From positions 80,384 through 144,383 of the forward strand of contig JAQUKY010000001.1 in assembly GCA_028718805.1 (NCBI GenBank): DNA of 64,000 bases, written 5' to 3'. The position numbers and the translations under genes were made by a program. Source of the stretch: Candidatus Nanoarchaeia archaeon (GTDB lineage: Archaea; Nanobdellota; Nanobdellia; Pacearchaeales; GW2011-AR1). This document shows positions 35,644 to 45,126 of this stretch, in pieces; the stretch's first letter is position 1, and each line of letters begins with the position of its first letter. The notes below the pieces were generated by a model. That model was not told the DNA's origin. It ran no database searches and saw only the letters and a list, made by a program, of their open reading frames with translations.

Positions 35644-36194
35644 AAAAGTCAGTCCTGATTATTGGCAGATTTCAGCCGTTTCATACCGGGCATTTGGAAT
35701 TAATTAAGAAATATTGCAGACTTGGATATTTTATTAAAATCGGCATAGGTTCTGTAAACAAGCCATGTGACTTAAAAAATCCTCTTACTTTTAAAGAAAG
35801 GGCAAATATTATCAGGGGAGTTCTAAAAGATAACAAAATAAAAGATTATGAATTATACAGCATTCCGGATATACCAAGAGACAGCTTATATGCAGGACAT
35901 GTTTCCAAGATAGTTGGAAAATATGATTTGGTTATTACTGGAAATATGCTGATAAAAAATATTTTCCTGAAATATTGCTCTTCTTCAGCTACATGCAGGG
36001 TTGATTATTTCAATGAAAAAGTTAATAGAATAAAAGAGATAAAAGCAAAGAATATAAGAAAGAGATGGCTGTTCAGCAAACCTAATAAAAAAGAAATTTC
36101 AAAATCCACTTTTGGTTATTTAAAAAAGGCAAAGTTCTCTGACAGGCTGAAAGAAATTTACAATTTTAAAAGGATAAAAGTCAGGGAGATATAA
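35640..36194 (+). CDS. nadM: NMN adenylyltransferase, archaeal NadM type
   Basis: IGRFQPFHTGH ((H/T)xGH of the archaeal NMNAT family); about 180 aa. Confidence 0.8.
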   Translation: MKKSVLIIGRFQPFHTGHLELIKKYCRLGYFIKIGIGSVNKPCDLKNPLTFKERANIIRGVLKDNKIKDYELYSIPDIPRDSLYAGHVSKIVGKYDLVITGNMLIKNIFLKYCSSSATCRVDYFNEKVNRIKEIKAKNIRKRWLFSKPNKKEISKSTFGYLKKAKFSDRLKEIYNFKRIKVREI

Positions 36195-36198
36195 ATAG

Positions 36199-36609
36199 CT
36201 ACTGAGGCTCTTTGGGTTTTTTATCTACTGAAGAAGCCTTTTCTGATTTAATCGCCCTATATAAGGCAGGTATAATGGCTCCTAGAAGATTGGTATATAT
36301 CGGGAACCAATTAGCAGATTCTGATGGGTTTTGAATAATGTCTTTTCCGAATTCATAAATAATTGTGCAATATGCTGCCTGCCCTGCTAAATGCAGCATA
36401 TAATTACTAACCCCTCCAGGAATACCATCCCTTAAGTTGACTACCTCTTTAATTGCAGAAAATGGATCAAATAAACTTTTAAAAGCTCCCACGCATGCTC
36501 CTGCTACTGCAGCAACAGGTATACCTGCTAAATCATCAACTAAATCAGACAACTCATTTTTTTGTTTCAATATTTTTTGTTCATTTTGCTGTTCTGTTTG
36601 TGTTTCCAT
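36199..36609 (-). CDS. Hypothetical membrane protein (136 aa)
   Basis: Hydrophobic segments. Shares the METQT start with the upstream gene. Confidence 0.4.
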   Translation of the reverse strand: METQTEQQNEQKILKQKNELSDLVDDLAGIPVAAVAGACVGAFKSLFDPFSAIKEVVNLRDGIPGGVSNYMLHLAGQAAYCTIIYEFGKDIIQNPSESANWFPIYTNLLGAIIPALYRAIKSEKASSVDKKPKEPQ

Positions 36610-36653
36610 TTTTATTTTACTTCCTGTTTGAATTTATCTATCGGATTTATTTT

Positions 36654-37121
36654 TTAATCTGGTCTGAAATTTACAGAGGATACAAATCCACTTCCATAAC
36701 CCCATTCCTCCCAATTACGATAATTGGCTTGTACCTCATAATTTATCTCTTTGCAAGGCCTTCCATCCCCCCCTCTTTCACCAAAAGTAGCGATAGAAGT
36801 ATCTCTTTTTATTAATTTAGAGGAATATTCTAAATCTTCTATCGATTTAGTCCGTTCAGAAGCAGCTTTGTCTAAACCTGCATTAGAAAAATAGCATTGC
36901 AGGGAGGGGATTCTAAACTTCCTGCCTCCGATTGATGCTTCAACTTCCCAATTAGGCTCATTTTTACTTTCGTAATAACCAATATTTCTAGTCAGACTTA
37001 TCTCGATATTATCATTTCTATGTTTAGATTTTTCATTAAAATCTCCAAGGAAGAATCCAATACTCATTAAAGCACCTGCACTTCCCGCCACTAAAATACT
37101 TTTTAATGTTTGTGTTTCCAT
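36654..37121 (-). CDS. Hypothetical N-terminally anchored protein (155 aa)
   Basis: TM/signal-like ILVAGSAGALMSIGFFLG. Confidence 0.4.
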   Translation of the reverse strand: METQTLKSILVAGSAGALMSIGFFLGDFNEKSKHRNDNIEISLTRNIGYYESKNEPNWEVEASIGGRKFRIPSLQCYFSNAGLDKAASERTKSIEDLEYSSKLIKRDTSIATFGERGGDGRPCKEINYEVQANYRNWEEWGYGSGFVSSVNFRPD

Positions 37122-37205
37122 TTTATGTTTATTTGTTTTATTTTGTTACTATTATTTGGTAATAGCTAATATTTAAATAATGCCTCCCACCTTGTGGTAA
37201 GTAAG

Positions 37206-37943
37206 ATGTATGAGAAATTGCTTGAAGAATGCGGGCTGACACAAAATGAAACCCTTGTATACCTCGCATTGCTTAAAATGGGCAAGGCTAAGAGTGGGGA
37301 GATAATCAGGGAAGCAAAAATCTCCGGGGGAAAAATCTATGAAACACTTTACAAACTTGTTGACAAAGGTCTTGTGAAAGAGGTATCTGAGAACAGGGTA
37401 AAGCGATTTATTGCAAATGATCCAAAAACATTGATATCTTATATCAGGGAGAAAGGAAAGAGCCTCAAGGAAAAAGAAAATGAGCTAAATAAAGCGGTTC
37501 CGTTGCTATTCAGCCTTAAGAAACAAGAGTCTGAATCAGATAGCGTTTCTCTTGTTAAAGGAACTAAGGGGATTTCTCCTGTTGTCTATTCAGTTTTGGA
37601 GCAATCAAAAGAGATTAGGATTATGGGTGTCAGGTCTTCTAAAAAAGAAGAATATAATAATTTTTGGAGGGGCTGGCACAGAAAGAGAGTTGAATTAAAA
37701 AGAGAGGCTAAAATGTTATTTTCAGACAGGAATACAGATTACTGGAGATTTTTCAGGAAGCTTAAATACACCAAGGTAAAAGAGCTTCTTCATCTAAGCC
37801 CATCTGCAATTATGACTATAGATAATAATGCCTTTTTATTTTCTTATGAAGAAGAATTTACCTGCATCCATATAACCTCAGATTCCATATCTTCTTCTTT
37901 ATCAAACTTTTTTGATGATTTATGGAGAATAGCCAAGAAATAA
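37206..37943 (+). CDS. TrmB-family transcriptional regulator
   Basis: N-terminal wHTH LTQNETLVYLALLKMGKAKSGEIIREAKISGGKIYETLYKLVDKGLV. ATATTTAAATA lies about 30 nt upstream of ATG 37206. Confidence 0.75.
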   Translation: MYEKLLEECGLTQNETLVYLALLKMGKAKSGEIIREAKISGGKIYETLYKLVDKGLVKEVSENRVKRFIANDPKTLISYIREKGKSLKEKENELNKAVPLLFSLKKQESESDSVSLVKGTKGISPVVYSVLEQSKEIRIMGVRSSKKEEYNNFWRGWHRKRVELKREAKMLFSDRNTDYWRFFRKLKYTKVKELLHLSPSAIMTIDNNAFLFSYEEEFTCIHITSDSISSSLSNFFDDLWRIAKK

Positions 37944-37946
37944 GGA

Positions 37947-40397
37947 CTAAAACTCTCCCAGCTTTTTTTGTTTGCTTCCATCTGCAATTTCTTTTATGTT
38001 TATATTGAAAACCTCAAATATGTTTTCAACTGCTGGCAGAATCTGATTGTTCAGATAATAATTTATGTTATACTCTCCTTTTTCATCAGGGAGCTTTACT
38101 TTTTCCCTGACAAGCTTTTTTTCTTTTTCGCTCCTTACCTCGGCTATAAAATATTCAACCAGCATGCCGATGTCTATCGGTTTCCCTGCTTCTTTTATTT
38201 TTCTTGCAGCTATCACGTGGGGGGTTATTGCCTTATATTCATCAATTGATTTTTTTAACTGGGTTCTTATAAGGACTTCTTTAATCTCAATCTCCCTATT
38301 TTTAATTTTCCTTATCACATTCTTAACATATTCCAGTGCTTTTTGCTCGTTTCCATCATTTAAAATTAAATGTAAAACTTTATTCTGGGTCTCTCTTGCA
38401 AGATTGCACCAGTCTCTTCTTACTGTTTCAAAACCTCTTATTTTTATTTTATTCTCCTCGTTTATTAATGCATATTTCTTTTTTGCCCCAAACTCTCCTG
38501 TTCTTTTTGTGACCCAAATACCTCTTTTATAAAAATCTTCCAAATCCAGTTCCATTATTCCCGGAAGATTTTTATTGATTTCTTTTAATAATTCAAGAGT
38601 CTGAGGTTTTGTGTGAGCATTTAACTTAAAAGCAACGCTGTCTGTGTCAGAATATACGACCTGATACTCTTCTTTGTTTATTTTGTCAATCACCTGCTTT
38701 ATATTCTGCCTTGCAAAATAAGCAGTTGATGCAGCAGCCTCCAGGCAATAATATCTTGCCCCGAAAAATCCCTGATAGCCATATGCTGCATTTGCAATTA
38801 ATTTATAGGCATTGCTCCTTACTTTTGTTATGGGGTTTGGATTTTTCTTGTACTCTTCCTTATACTGTTTCCTTTTTTCTATTATCTCACCTAACAATAT
38901 GGGAAAAAAACCTGGCTTTTTTAAAAAATAAACTTTTTTATTCCCTAATTCTCCTTGATATACATTTTTTTTGTCTTTTGTTAAAGTTGATAAAGAGAGG
39001 TTGTATGATACAATCACACTTGCGTACATGCTTGTAAAATCAAAAAAAGAAATATTTTCATATAATCCTGGAACAGGCTGGAAAACAAAAGCTCCTTCAT
39101 ATTTTTCTCTTTGCATCCTTTTTCCTATTTCATCGCGCATAGGCCTTTTTTCAGGGATTTCATTAAATCTTTCTAAATTATGAATTACTAAATCTTCAAA
39201 ATCTCCTGCCATTGTGCTCCTTGAAACGTTGAACAAGGGCTCTCCAACAATTTTTGTAATCTCCATAAGGTCAGGGAATAATTTTTCAGTAAGCTTGTAG
39301 GTTAATGCAGAATCCTGGAGATTATAGTCAAAATAGTCCTCCCATTCATGTTTTTTTACTTTTGCAGAATGTTTATGTTCCCATTCATGTTTTTTCTCCC
39401 CTAAAAGCTCATTTGAAACTTCGTTTAAAGAGAGAGTTTCTGACTGGAGGTACTGGGAATAGGCATTCTGGATAAACCTCAGCAAGTCAATATGAACAAT
39501 CCCTTTTATTTTTCCTGTTAATAACCTGCCTCTTGAAAAACTTGGCTGGGAGTTATCTATTCCAAGATTTAATTTCATACTCTTTTTTTCAGCTCTTGCC
39601 CTTAAATAAGGCAGGTCAAATCCGTCTGAAAAATAACCAACTAAAATGTCAGGAGAGTATTGCTTTACATATTTTACAAAAGCTTCTAACATGTCTGCTT
39701 CATCTTTAAAGCATTCAACAAAGTTCTGGTCTGAACAGTGTTTCCAGGTCAGAACTTTCCTGAAATTTTCCCCAACAAGGGAAATCATTACAATTTCCCC
39801 CTTTCCTATTTCAAATTCATCTGCTTCAATATCATAAGCAAGTATCTTTGGTTTGAATTCCTGTTTTTCTGTTTCAGTAATCTTATTAACTTTTAAACAT
39901 AGATCAACATCAAGCGAGTTAATTATATTCCCAAAATCATTGTCTGTTAAAACCTCTCCTTCAATTTTATACCAATTAAGAGGTTTAAGCTTTTTTTCTA
40001 TGATATACTGGGTTATATACCCCAAATCGTAACCTCTTCTTTTATTTACTTCTTTCATTCCTATTTCATCTGCAATTGAATGAGCATCTTTGTAATTTGT
40101 GATAAATATTTTAATTGCATTTACATCCTGCCCTAAAAATTTCTTGTCATGAAGCTCTGTCCTTATAACCCTTGATTTTCTTAGTTTATCATTTACTTCT
40201 ATTTTCTCTATTTTTTCTCTTATTTGCTTAATTTTTAAATCACATGTTTTTGGCTTTAAAACTGCCCAAAAATAAGGTTCAAAACTGTCAATTATACAGA
40301 TTCTTTTTCCCTTGTCATCTCTGCCGATTATTTTTGCATAATTTTTTTCCTGCCAGTCAAAATAATCATAGTCTATTGGGATGAATTGTATTTGCAT
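37947..40397 (-). CDS. polB: DNA polymerase, family B
   Basis: Exo I AYDIEAD, Exo III YNLQDSALTY, motif A FDFTSMYASVIV, motif B KLIANAAYGY, motif C VYSDTDS. No intein. Confidence 0.95.
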   Translation of the reverse strand: MQIQFIPIDYDYFDWQEKNYAKIIGRDDKGKRICIIDSFEPYFWAVLKPKTCDLKIKQIREKIEKIEVNDKLRKSRVIRTELHDKKFLGQDVNAIKIFITNYKDAHSIADEIGMKEVNKRRGYDLGYITQYIIEKKLKPLNWYKIEGEVLTDNDFGNIINSLDVDLCLKVNKITETEKQEFKPKILAYDIEADEFEIGKGEIVMISLVGENFRKVLTWKHCSDQNFVECFKDEADMLEAFVKYVKQYSPDILVGYFSDGFDLPYLRARAEKKSMKLNLGIDNSQPSFSRGRLLTGKIKGIVHIDLLRFIQNAYSQYLQSETLSLNEVSNELLGEKKHEWEHKHSAKVKKHEWEDYFDYNLQDSALTYKLTEKLFPDLMEITKIVGEPLFNVSRSTMAGDFEDLVIHNLERFNEIPEKRPMRDEIGKRMQREKYEGAFVFQPVPGLYENISFFDFTSMYASVIVSYNLSLSTLTKDKKNVYQGELGNKKVYFLKKPGFFPILLGEIIEKRKQYKEEYKKNPNPITKVRSNAYKLIANAAYGYQGFFGARYYCLEAAASTAYFARQNIKQVIDKINKEEYQVVYSDTDSVAFKLNAHTKPQTLELLKEINKNLPGIMELDLEDFYKRGIWVTKRTGEFGAKKKYALINEENKIKIRGFETVRRDWCNLARETQNKVLHLILNDGNEQKALEYVKNVIRKIKNREIEIKEVLIRTQLKKSIDEYKAITPHVIAARKIKEAGKPIDIGMLVEYFIAEVRSEKEKKLVREKVKLPDEKGEYNINYYLNNQILPAVENIFEVFNINIKEIADGSKQKKLGEF

Positions 40398-40404
40398 TTT
40401 GGTT

Positions 40405-40500
40405 TTTATCAGTAATATTTAATACGATTTTAAGATGGGGCAATTAGGCATGGCTTAATCTCAATTGCTCCTTATTATTTTCGTTTTACACATTATCAAT
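40405..40500 (-). repeat. Intergenic cassette copy E
   Basis: TATCAGTAATATTTAATACGATTTTAAG...GGGGCAATT...AATTGCTCC...TTTTCGTTTTACA, directly upstream of polB. Confidence 0.65.
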
Positions 40501-40557
40501 TATTTAAAGTTATTAAAGAAAGATAAAGTGTTATTTAAAATTTGGGGTATGATAAGA

Positions 40558-40839
40558 TTAAGCTACAAACTTTTTGTGTTCTCCATTATTAAAGAAAGCA
40601 AGAACAGCACTCCTCATAACTGGAAAAAGCTTAAAATGTCTATCCTCATCAGTTTCTAATGTTTTTTCAAGAGTGCCTTGGGCATAAGAATCTGCAAAAA
40701 TTTTAGCTTTATCAGCATATATTGGAGGAAAAGAATTAAAAGTTACTCTCATTTTCTCTCTCCAGTCCTTGGGCTGATACTGTTTCATAAAACTTTCTAT
40801 ACTTACTCCTAAAAGTTCATAATTTTGATTATTGTCCAT
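40558..40839 (-). CDS. Hypothetical protein (93 aa)
   Basis: ORF only. Confidence 0.4.
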   Translation of the reverse strand: MDNNQNYELLGVSIESFMKQYQPKDWREKMRVTFNSFPPIYADKAKIFADSYAQGTLEKTLETDEDRHFKLFPVMRSAVLAFFNNGEHKKFVA

Positions 40840-40936
40840 ATTTTCCTTATAGATATTCTATTTATAGATGTTACTCTTTAGTGATAACAATAGAAAGGTT
40901 TAAATATATGTTTTGCTTATATAAACTAAGGAAAAA

Positions 40937-41302
40937 ATGGCAAAGAGATTAGAAACTTTGAATTTTGATAACCCGACTGCAGAAGAAACAGAAAGGCATC
41001 AAAGAATGGCCGAGAATATTGAATTTGAGCAAAAATGCGAAGATTATCTTAATGGAGAACGGATAAGAAAATACACTGATTTTTTAAAGGCAGTAAAGCA
41101 ATCAGGAATTAATGTAGAAAATATTCTTTCTGATATCCCTGCTAAAATGAGGCATTTGAGGGACATTATGGGTTATGAAGTTTTAATTGGTAAAAATAAT
41201 AAACCTGTTCCTCTTGATGATGCCAAGTCATCAAGAATAGGAAAAGCTTATCTGCACACTTACAATCAGGCAAGAAGATATTTAGATAACTCAAACAATT
41301 AA
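40937..41302 (+). CDS. Hypothetical protein (121 aa)
   Basis: ORF only. Confidence 0.4.
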   Translation: MAKRLETLNFDNPTAEETERHQRMAENIEFEQKCEDYLNGERIRKYTDFLKAVKQSGINVENILSDIPAKMRHLRDIMGYEVLIGKNNKPVPLDDAKSSRIGKAYLHTYNQARRYLDNSNN

Positions 41303-41332
41303 TTTTATTAATCCTTTTTCTCTTTGTTATTT

Positions 41333-42367
41333 ATGGGACTGCAAATAGGGGAAATTATTCCGAAGAAGCAAATTGAATTTAAAGACTTAAAGAATAAGAT
41401 AATTGCTGTTGATGCTTTTAATGCGATTTACCAGTTTCTTACCACAATCAGGCAGCCAGATGGTACCCCCTTAAAAGATAGCAAAGGAAATGTTACAAGT
41501 CATCTATCGGGATTGTTCTACAGAAATATGAATCTGATTCTGGAGGGGGTTAAACTTATTTATGTTTTTGATGGAGAGGCCCCTGATTTAAAAGAAAAAA
41601 CCTGGAAAAAAAGAAAAGAGGCAAGGAGAGAAATGAAAGAAAAATATGAAAAGGCAAAATCAGAAGAGGATATAGAAGCAATGGGGAAATATGCCCGATT
41701 TGAAACTAAGCTGGATGAGGAAAAAATAAAAGAGAGCAAGGAATTATTAGAAGCTATGGGGATTGCTGTTGTGCAGGCTCCTGGGGAAGGAGAAGCACAG
41801 GCAAGCGTTATGGTTAAGGAAGATAGTGACATTTATGCTGTTGCTTCTCAGGATTATGACTGCTTGGTGTTCCAGTCTCCGAGGTTAATACAAAATCTGG
41901 GAATGGCAAGAAAAAGAAAAACTATTTCTGGTTATGTGGAAATTTTTCCGCAATTAATTGAATTAAAAAATGTTTTAAAGGAACTTGATATTAACCAGGA
42001 ACAACTTATTTGCCTTGGTGTTTTGTGCGGGACAGATTATAATCCTGGGGGGGTTAAAGGGCTTGGCCCTAAAAAATCCCTTGCAATTGTTAAAGAGTTT
42101 AAGACAAAAGAAAAAATATTTGATGCAATTGGAAAAGATAAATTAGAGAAATATGAAATTAATTTTGAATGGAAAGAAATTTATGATGAGATTGAAAAAC
42201 CTAAAGTAAAAAAGATGAAAAAGCAGGATATTGAATTCCCAAAAATAGATAAGGATAAAATTAAGAAAATATTATTAAGGCATGATTTTTCAGAAGAAAG
42301 AATAAATAATCAGCTTTTAAAGCTTGATGAAGTAAAAAAAGCTAAGGCACAAAAGACGCTGTTTTGA
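41333..42367 (+). CDS. fen: Flap endonuclease 1
   Basis: AVDAFNAIYQFL, VFDG, GEGEAQAS, SQDYDCLVF, H3TH GTDYNPGGVKGLGPKK, and C-terminal PIP-like QKTLF. The start is set at MGLQIGE. Confidence 0.9.
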   Translation: MGLQIGEIIPKKQIEFKDLKNKIIAVDAFNAIYQFLTTIRQPDGTPLKDSKGNVTSHLSGLFYRNMNLILEGVKLIYVFDGEAPDLKEKTWKKRKEARREMKEKYEKAKSEEDIEAMGKYARFETKLDEEKIKESKELLEAMGIAVVQAPGEGEAQASVMVKEDSDIYAVASQDYDCLVFQSPRLIQNLGMARKRKTISGYVEIFPQLIELKNVLKELDINQEQLICLGVLCGTDYNPGGVKGLGPKKSLAIVKEFKTKEKIFDAIGKDKLEKYEINFEWKEIYDEIEKPKVKKMKKQDIEFPKIDKDKIKKILLRHDFSEERINNQLLKLDEVKKAKAQKTLF

Positions 42368-42386
42368 TGATTTTAATCTATTTTTT

Positions 42387-42467
42387 GGTAATTTATTAAA
42401 CGATTTTAAGTTTTGTTTGAGTGGCTTAATTGTTTATGAGTTTTTAGTTTAGTTATTTATTACTGAT
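42387..42467 (-). repeat. Intergenic cassette copy F (in a convergent intergenic region)
   Basis: GGTAATTTATTAAACGATTTTAAG...TTAGTTTAGTTATTTATTACTGATT, located between two 3' ends. Confidence 0.7.
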
Positions 42468-42508
42468 TTTTAGAATAGTAGTCCTGATTATATTCTAGAA
42501 TTTGTTTT

Positions 42509-42721
42509 TTAATATCTCTGTGCTTTGTATCTTGATCTGAGACTTATTACTAATAGTATACCAATCACTATTAGAATTATCTGATAAATTATTTCTCCAG
42601 GAACAAGGTATGAAAGAATACCTGATGAAAAATAATTTTTTATGCTTTCAATTTTTGAGAGCATTGGAAGTATTGCTACTAATATTAATATTACCCCCAA
42701 AAATTTTTCTTTAATTGGCAT
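42509..42721 (-). CDS. Small membrane protein (70 aa)
   Basis: Two hydrophobic helices. One nt separates it from the upstream gene. Confidence 0.4.
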   Translation of the reverse strand: MPIKEKFLGVILILVAILPMLSKIESIKNYFSSGILSYLVPGEIIYQIILIVIGILLVISLRSRYKAQRY

Positions 42722-42722
42722 T

Positions 42723-43349
42723 TTATCTTAACCTCCTATTCCCTATTCTGGATATAGACTCCAATAATGTTTCTGGACCCTGGCCTCCAAATGCAAAAGC
42801 TATGACAATAAGAATTATTAATCCAATCCAGCTAGTTAAAACTTCCCAAAACCAGACAAAAGCGGGTATGTCTGCTAATAACCCTGGCAAAATTTGTTCT
42901 GGATAAAAATTATACAAAACTAACCATGTGAGAAAAACAACAGCCACTGCCCCAATTTTACCAAAGCTTTCAGAAGAAAATCTTATTAAAAATGCAATTC
43001 CTATTGCTGCGGCAAGGAATAAGGCCCAGGAGCTGATTTCTCCTCCGCCGTAGGCGGTTATTAACCCTCTTTGGGCTATTGCCATACTTATTAATGCTGA
43101 TAATCCTAAGGCAATAATTACTGAAACTGCACTATTCTTAAATGCTTTATTAAGAGTGTAAAATATAAGCGCAAAGAAGATTAAAAAAAGAACAGCAGAT
43201 AATACCCATTCATTTTCTAAATAATCTAGTGGGGAACCATAAAACCCAAAGTTTCCAAAGGGGCTATAGCTATAGGCGGAGATAATTGGAAGAATGAGTA
43301 ATAGTGTTGTTAATGCTAATCCTAAAGTTCTTGATATTTTTGTCTGCAT
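42723..43349 (-). CDS. Polytopic membrane protein (208 aa), paralog of 43369..44067
   Basis: Signal-like N-terminus, then SPLDYLENEWVLSAVLFLIFF (compare SPVELFNSEWSKFTIIVVLLF) and AQRGLI (compare MQRGLI). Confidence 0.5.
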   Translation of the reverse strand: MQTKISRTLGLALTTLLLILPIISAYSYSPFGNFGFYGSPLDYLENEWVLSAVLFLIFFALIFYTLNKAFKNSAVSVIIALGLSALISMAIAQRGLITAYGGGEISSWALFLAAAIGIAFLIRFSSESFGKIGAVAVVFLTWLVLYNFYPEQILPGLLADIPAFVWFWEVLTSWIGLIILIVIAFAFGGQGPETLLESISRIGNRRLR

Positions 43350-43368
43350 TTTAAATTCTTAATCTATT

Positions 43369-44067
43369 TTAATTAAGCCCAGGATCATAACCGGTGTTTG
43401 TATTTTTTCTTCCAAACCAACCGCCCCCACCCCCACCGAAACTTCTTCTTTGTGCTCTATAACGCCAGCCATAACCCATTTTTTCTCTTTTCCATCCCCA
43501 CCATACTATAATTATAAATATAATAATAGCGATTGTGATTGTCCAACCGCCTAAACTTTTAATCCAGTCAATAGAATCTCCTACGGGGCCATATATTACT
43601 GTTTCTGGGAGTAAATCACCTGCTATATAAGCAAGAATTATTAATAAAAATAAGAATACAATCAATCTTAACAAGGAAAATCTTTTTACTCCGTACTCAT
43701 TTGTACTCATTCCAAATTTGTAGAATAAAAAGAAGAATGCAATTAATACAGCAGCGATTACAATCCAATCAACTCCCCCTGGACCAAAGAAAGGATCTAA
43801 GAAAGGGTCTATCAATCCTCTTTGCATTATGGGCAGAGTTATGAGAATAGACACACAAAGTGAGATTATTGTTGAGACAGCAGGATTTTGCATTCGTCTG
43901 TTTAAAAAAGAGTATATTGAAACAAATAATAACACAACAATAATTGTAAATTTTGACCATTCTGAATTAAACAACTCTACAGGGGAGTTGAGATAACTAA
44001 GGGCTGAGGTTAATGGTATAACCAACAATGCTAAAACAAATACAAATACTAATGCTTGCTTTCTCAT
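43369..44067 (-). CDS. Polytopic membrane protein (232 aa) with Gly-rich tail
   Basis: Same topology as its neighbour. C-terminal RRSFGGGGGGWFGRK. Confidence 0.5.
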   Translation of the reverse strand: MRKQALVFVFVLALLVIPLTSALSYLNSPVELFNSEWSKFTIIVVLLFVSIYSFLNRRMQNPAVSTIISLCVSILITLPIMQRGLIDPFLDPFFGPGGVDWIVIAAVLIAFFFLFYKFGMSTNEYGVKRFSLLRLIVFLFLLIILAYIAGDLLPETVIYGPVGDSIDWIKSLGGWTITIAIIIFIIIVWWGWKREKMGYGWRYRAQRRSFGGGGGGWFGRKNTNTGYDPGLN

Positions 44068-44346
44068 TTTCGCCCCTTTCTTATTATCCTTAATTTAGCA
44101 TTATTTATAAATATTGTTGATTTCATAAAAACAATATTTATACTGGTATAACTGGTAATTTGATAAACGAAAACTATAATGTATAAAATTAACGATTTTG
44201 GTAATGTCAAAGACGAAGTAAGGTGTAATTGATAAGAGCAAAAGATGTGATAGAGAAGCTTAATCTCATTTATATCACCTTGAAATAGTTTATTAGATCA
44301 CCAATAAACAAATTAAATAACCAAAAAATAAACAACAAAATCAAAT

Positions 44347-45126
44347 ATGGCAGACTATGATATTCTTGGGAATATAGCAGTAATTAAAGGAGAGGCTAAT
44401 TTAAAGAGAAAGACAAGAAATGAGAAGTTAGAAGAAGCCAGGAAATTATTGAAAAATCCGAGCATTAGAACTATTGTTGAAAAAATCGGGAATGTTAAGG
44501 GAAGATTAAGGACAATCAGTGTTAAGCATGTTTTGGGTGAAAAAAATCTTATTGCAAAGCATAAGGAAAATGGGTGTGTGTTTAAATTTGATGTTTCTAC
44601 CTGTTACTTTTCTCCAAGGATATCTGAGGAAAGAAAAGAAATTGCAGGCATGATTAAAAAAAACGATTCTGTTTTGGTTATGTTTGCAGGGGTTGGAGTT
44701 TATCCTATTGTTATTTATAAAATAAAAAAACCAGCTAAAATTGTAGGTATTGAATTGGGAAAAGAGTGCTGCAGGTATTTTAAGGAAAATTTAAAATTAA
44801 ACAAGATGCTGAATAAAATTGGAATTATTCAGGGGGATGTCAAGAAAAAAATAAATTCCAAACTTGGAAAGTTTGATGTTGTTATTATGGCAAGGCCTAA
44901 TCTAAAAGAGAGTTTTTTGAAAGAAGGCTTAACGGCAAGTAAGAAAGGAACAAGAATATTTTATTATGGTTTTTGCAACGTTGATGAAAAAGATGAAATG
45001 GTTAGAGGTTTGATTGATGAGGCTGGAAAATTAAAAAGAAAAATTAAAATAATTAATGTTCAGAAAGCCGGAGAGATTGCTCCCTATAAGTTTAGGTATA
45101 GGGTTGAGATGAGAGTATCGAATTAG
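44347..45126 (+). CDS. trm5: Trm5/Met-10+-like SAM-dependent tRNA methyltransferase
   Basis: CYFSPRISEER (Met-10 signature context), SAM loop VLVMFAGVGVYPIV, and VIMARPN in place of NLP. Confidence 0.65.
   Translation: MADYDILGNIAVIKGEANLKRKTRNEKLEEARKLLKNPSIRTIVEKIGNVKGRLRTISVKHVLGEKNLIAKHKENGCVFKFDVSTCYFSPRISEERKEIAGMIKKNDSVLVMFAGVGVYPIVIYKIKKPAKIVGIELGKECCRYFKENLKLNKMLNKIGIIQGDVKKKINSKLGKFDVVIMARPNLKESFLKEGLTASKKGTRIFYYGFCNVDEKDEMVRGLIDEAGKLKRKIKIINVQKAGEIAPYKFRYRVEMRVSN

Noticed and set aside
17089-36194. The idea that the NAD island is an integrated virus or plasmid, or a phage-type NAD-reconstitution counter-defence module.
   Set aside because: There is no integrase, capsid, terminase or replication-initiator gene, no flanking direct repeats and no adjacent tRNA. 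Composition looks like the rest of the window by eye. The idea is kept only as background speculation for the orphan genes.
37149-37165. Palindrome CTATTA-N5-TAATAG just upstream of the TATA box of the TrmB-like gene.
   Set aside because: The 6-bp arms are pure A/T apart from one C/G pair. This is expected by chance in sequence of this composition.
37968-39837. Track ORFs antisense to polB: 37968..38249, 38065..38532, 38711..39037, 38971..39183, 39646..39837. The same applies to ORFs antisense to fen, the KS gene, herA-like, rfcL, rfcS and the E1-like gene: 41560..41832, 46081..46284, 46900..47115, 52073..52352, 57788..58273, 59697..59906, 62670..63240.
   Set aside because: They are shadow ORFs opposite genes with clear motifs. 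They are low-complexity and have no independent support.
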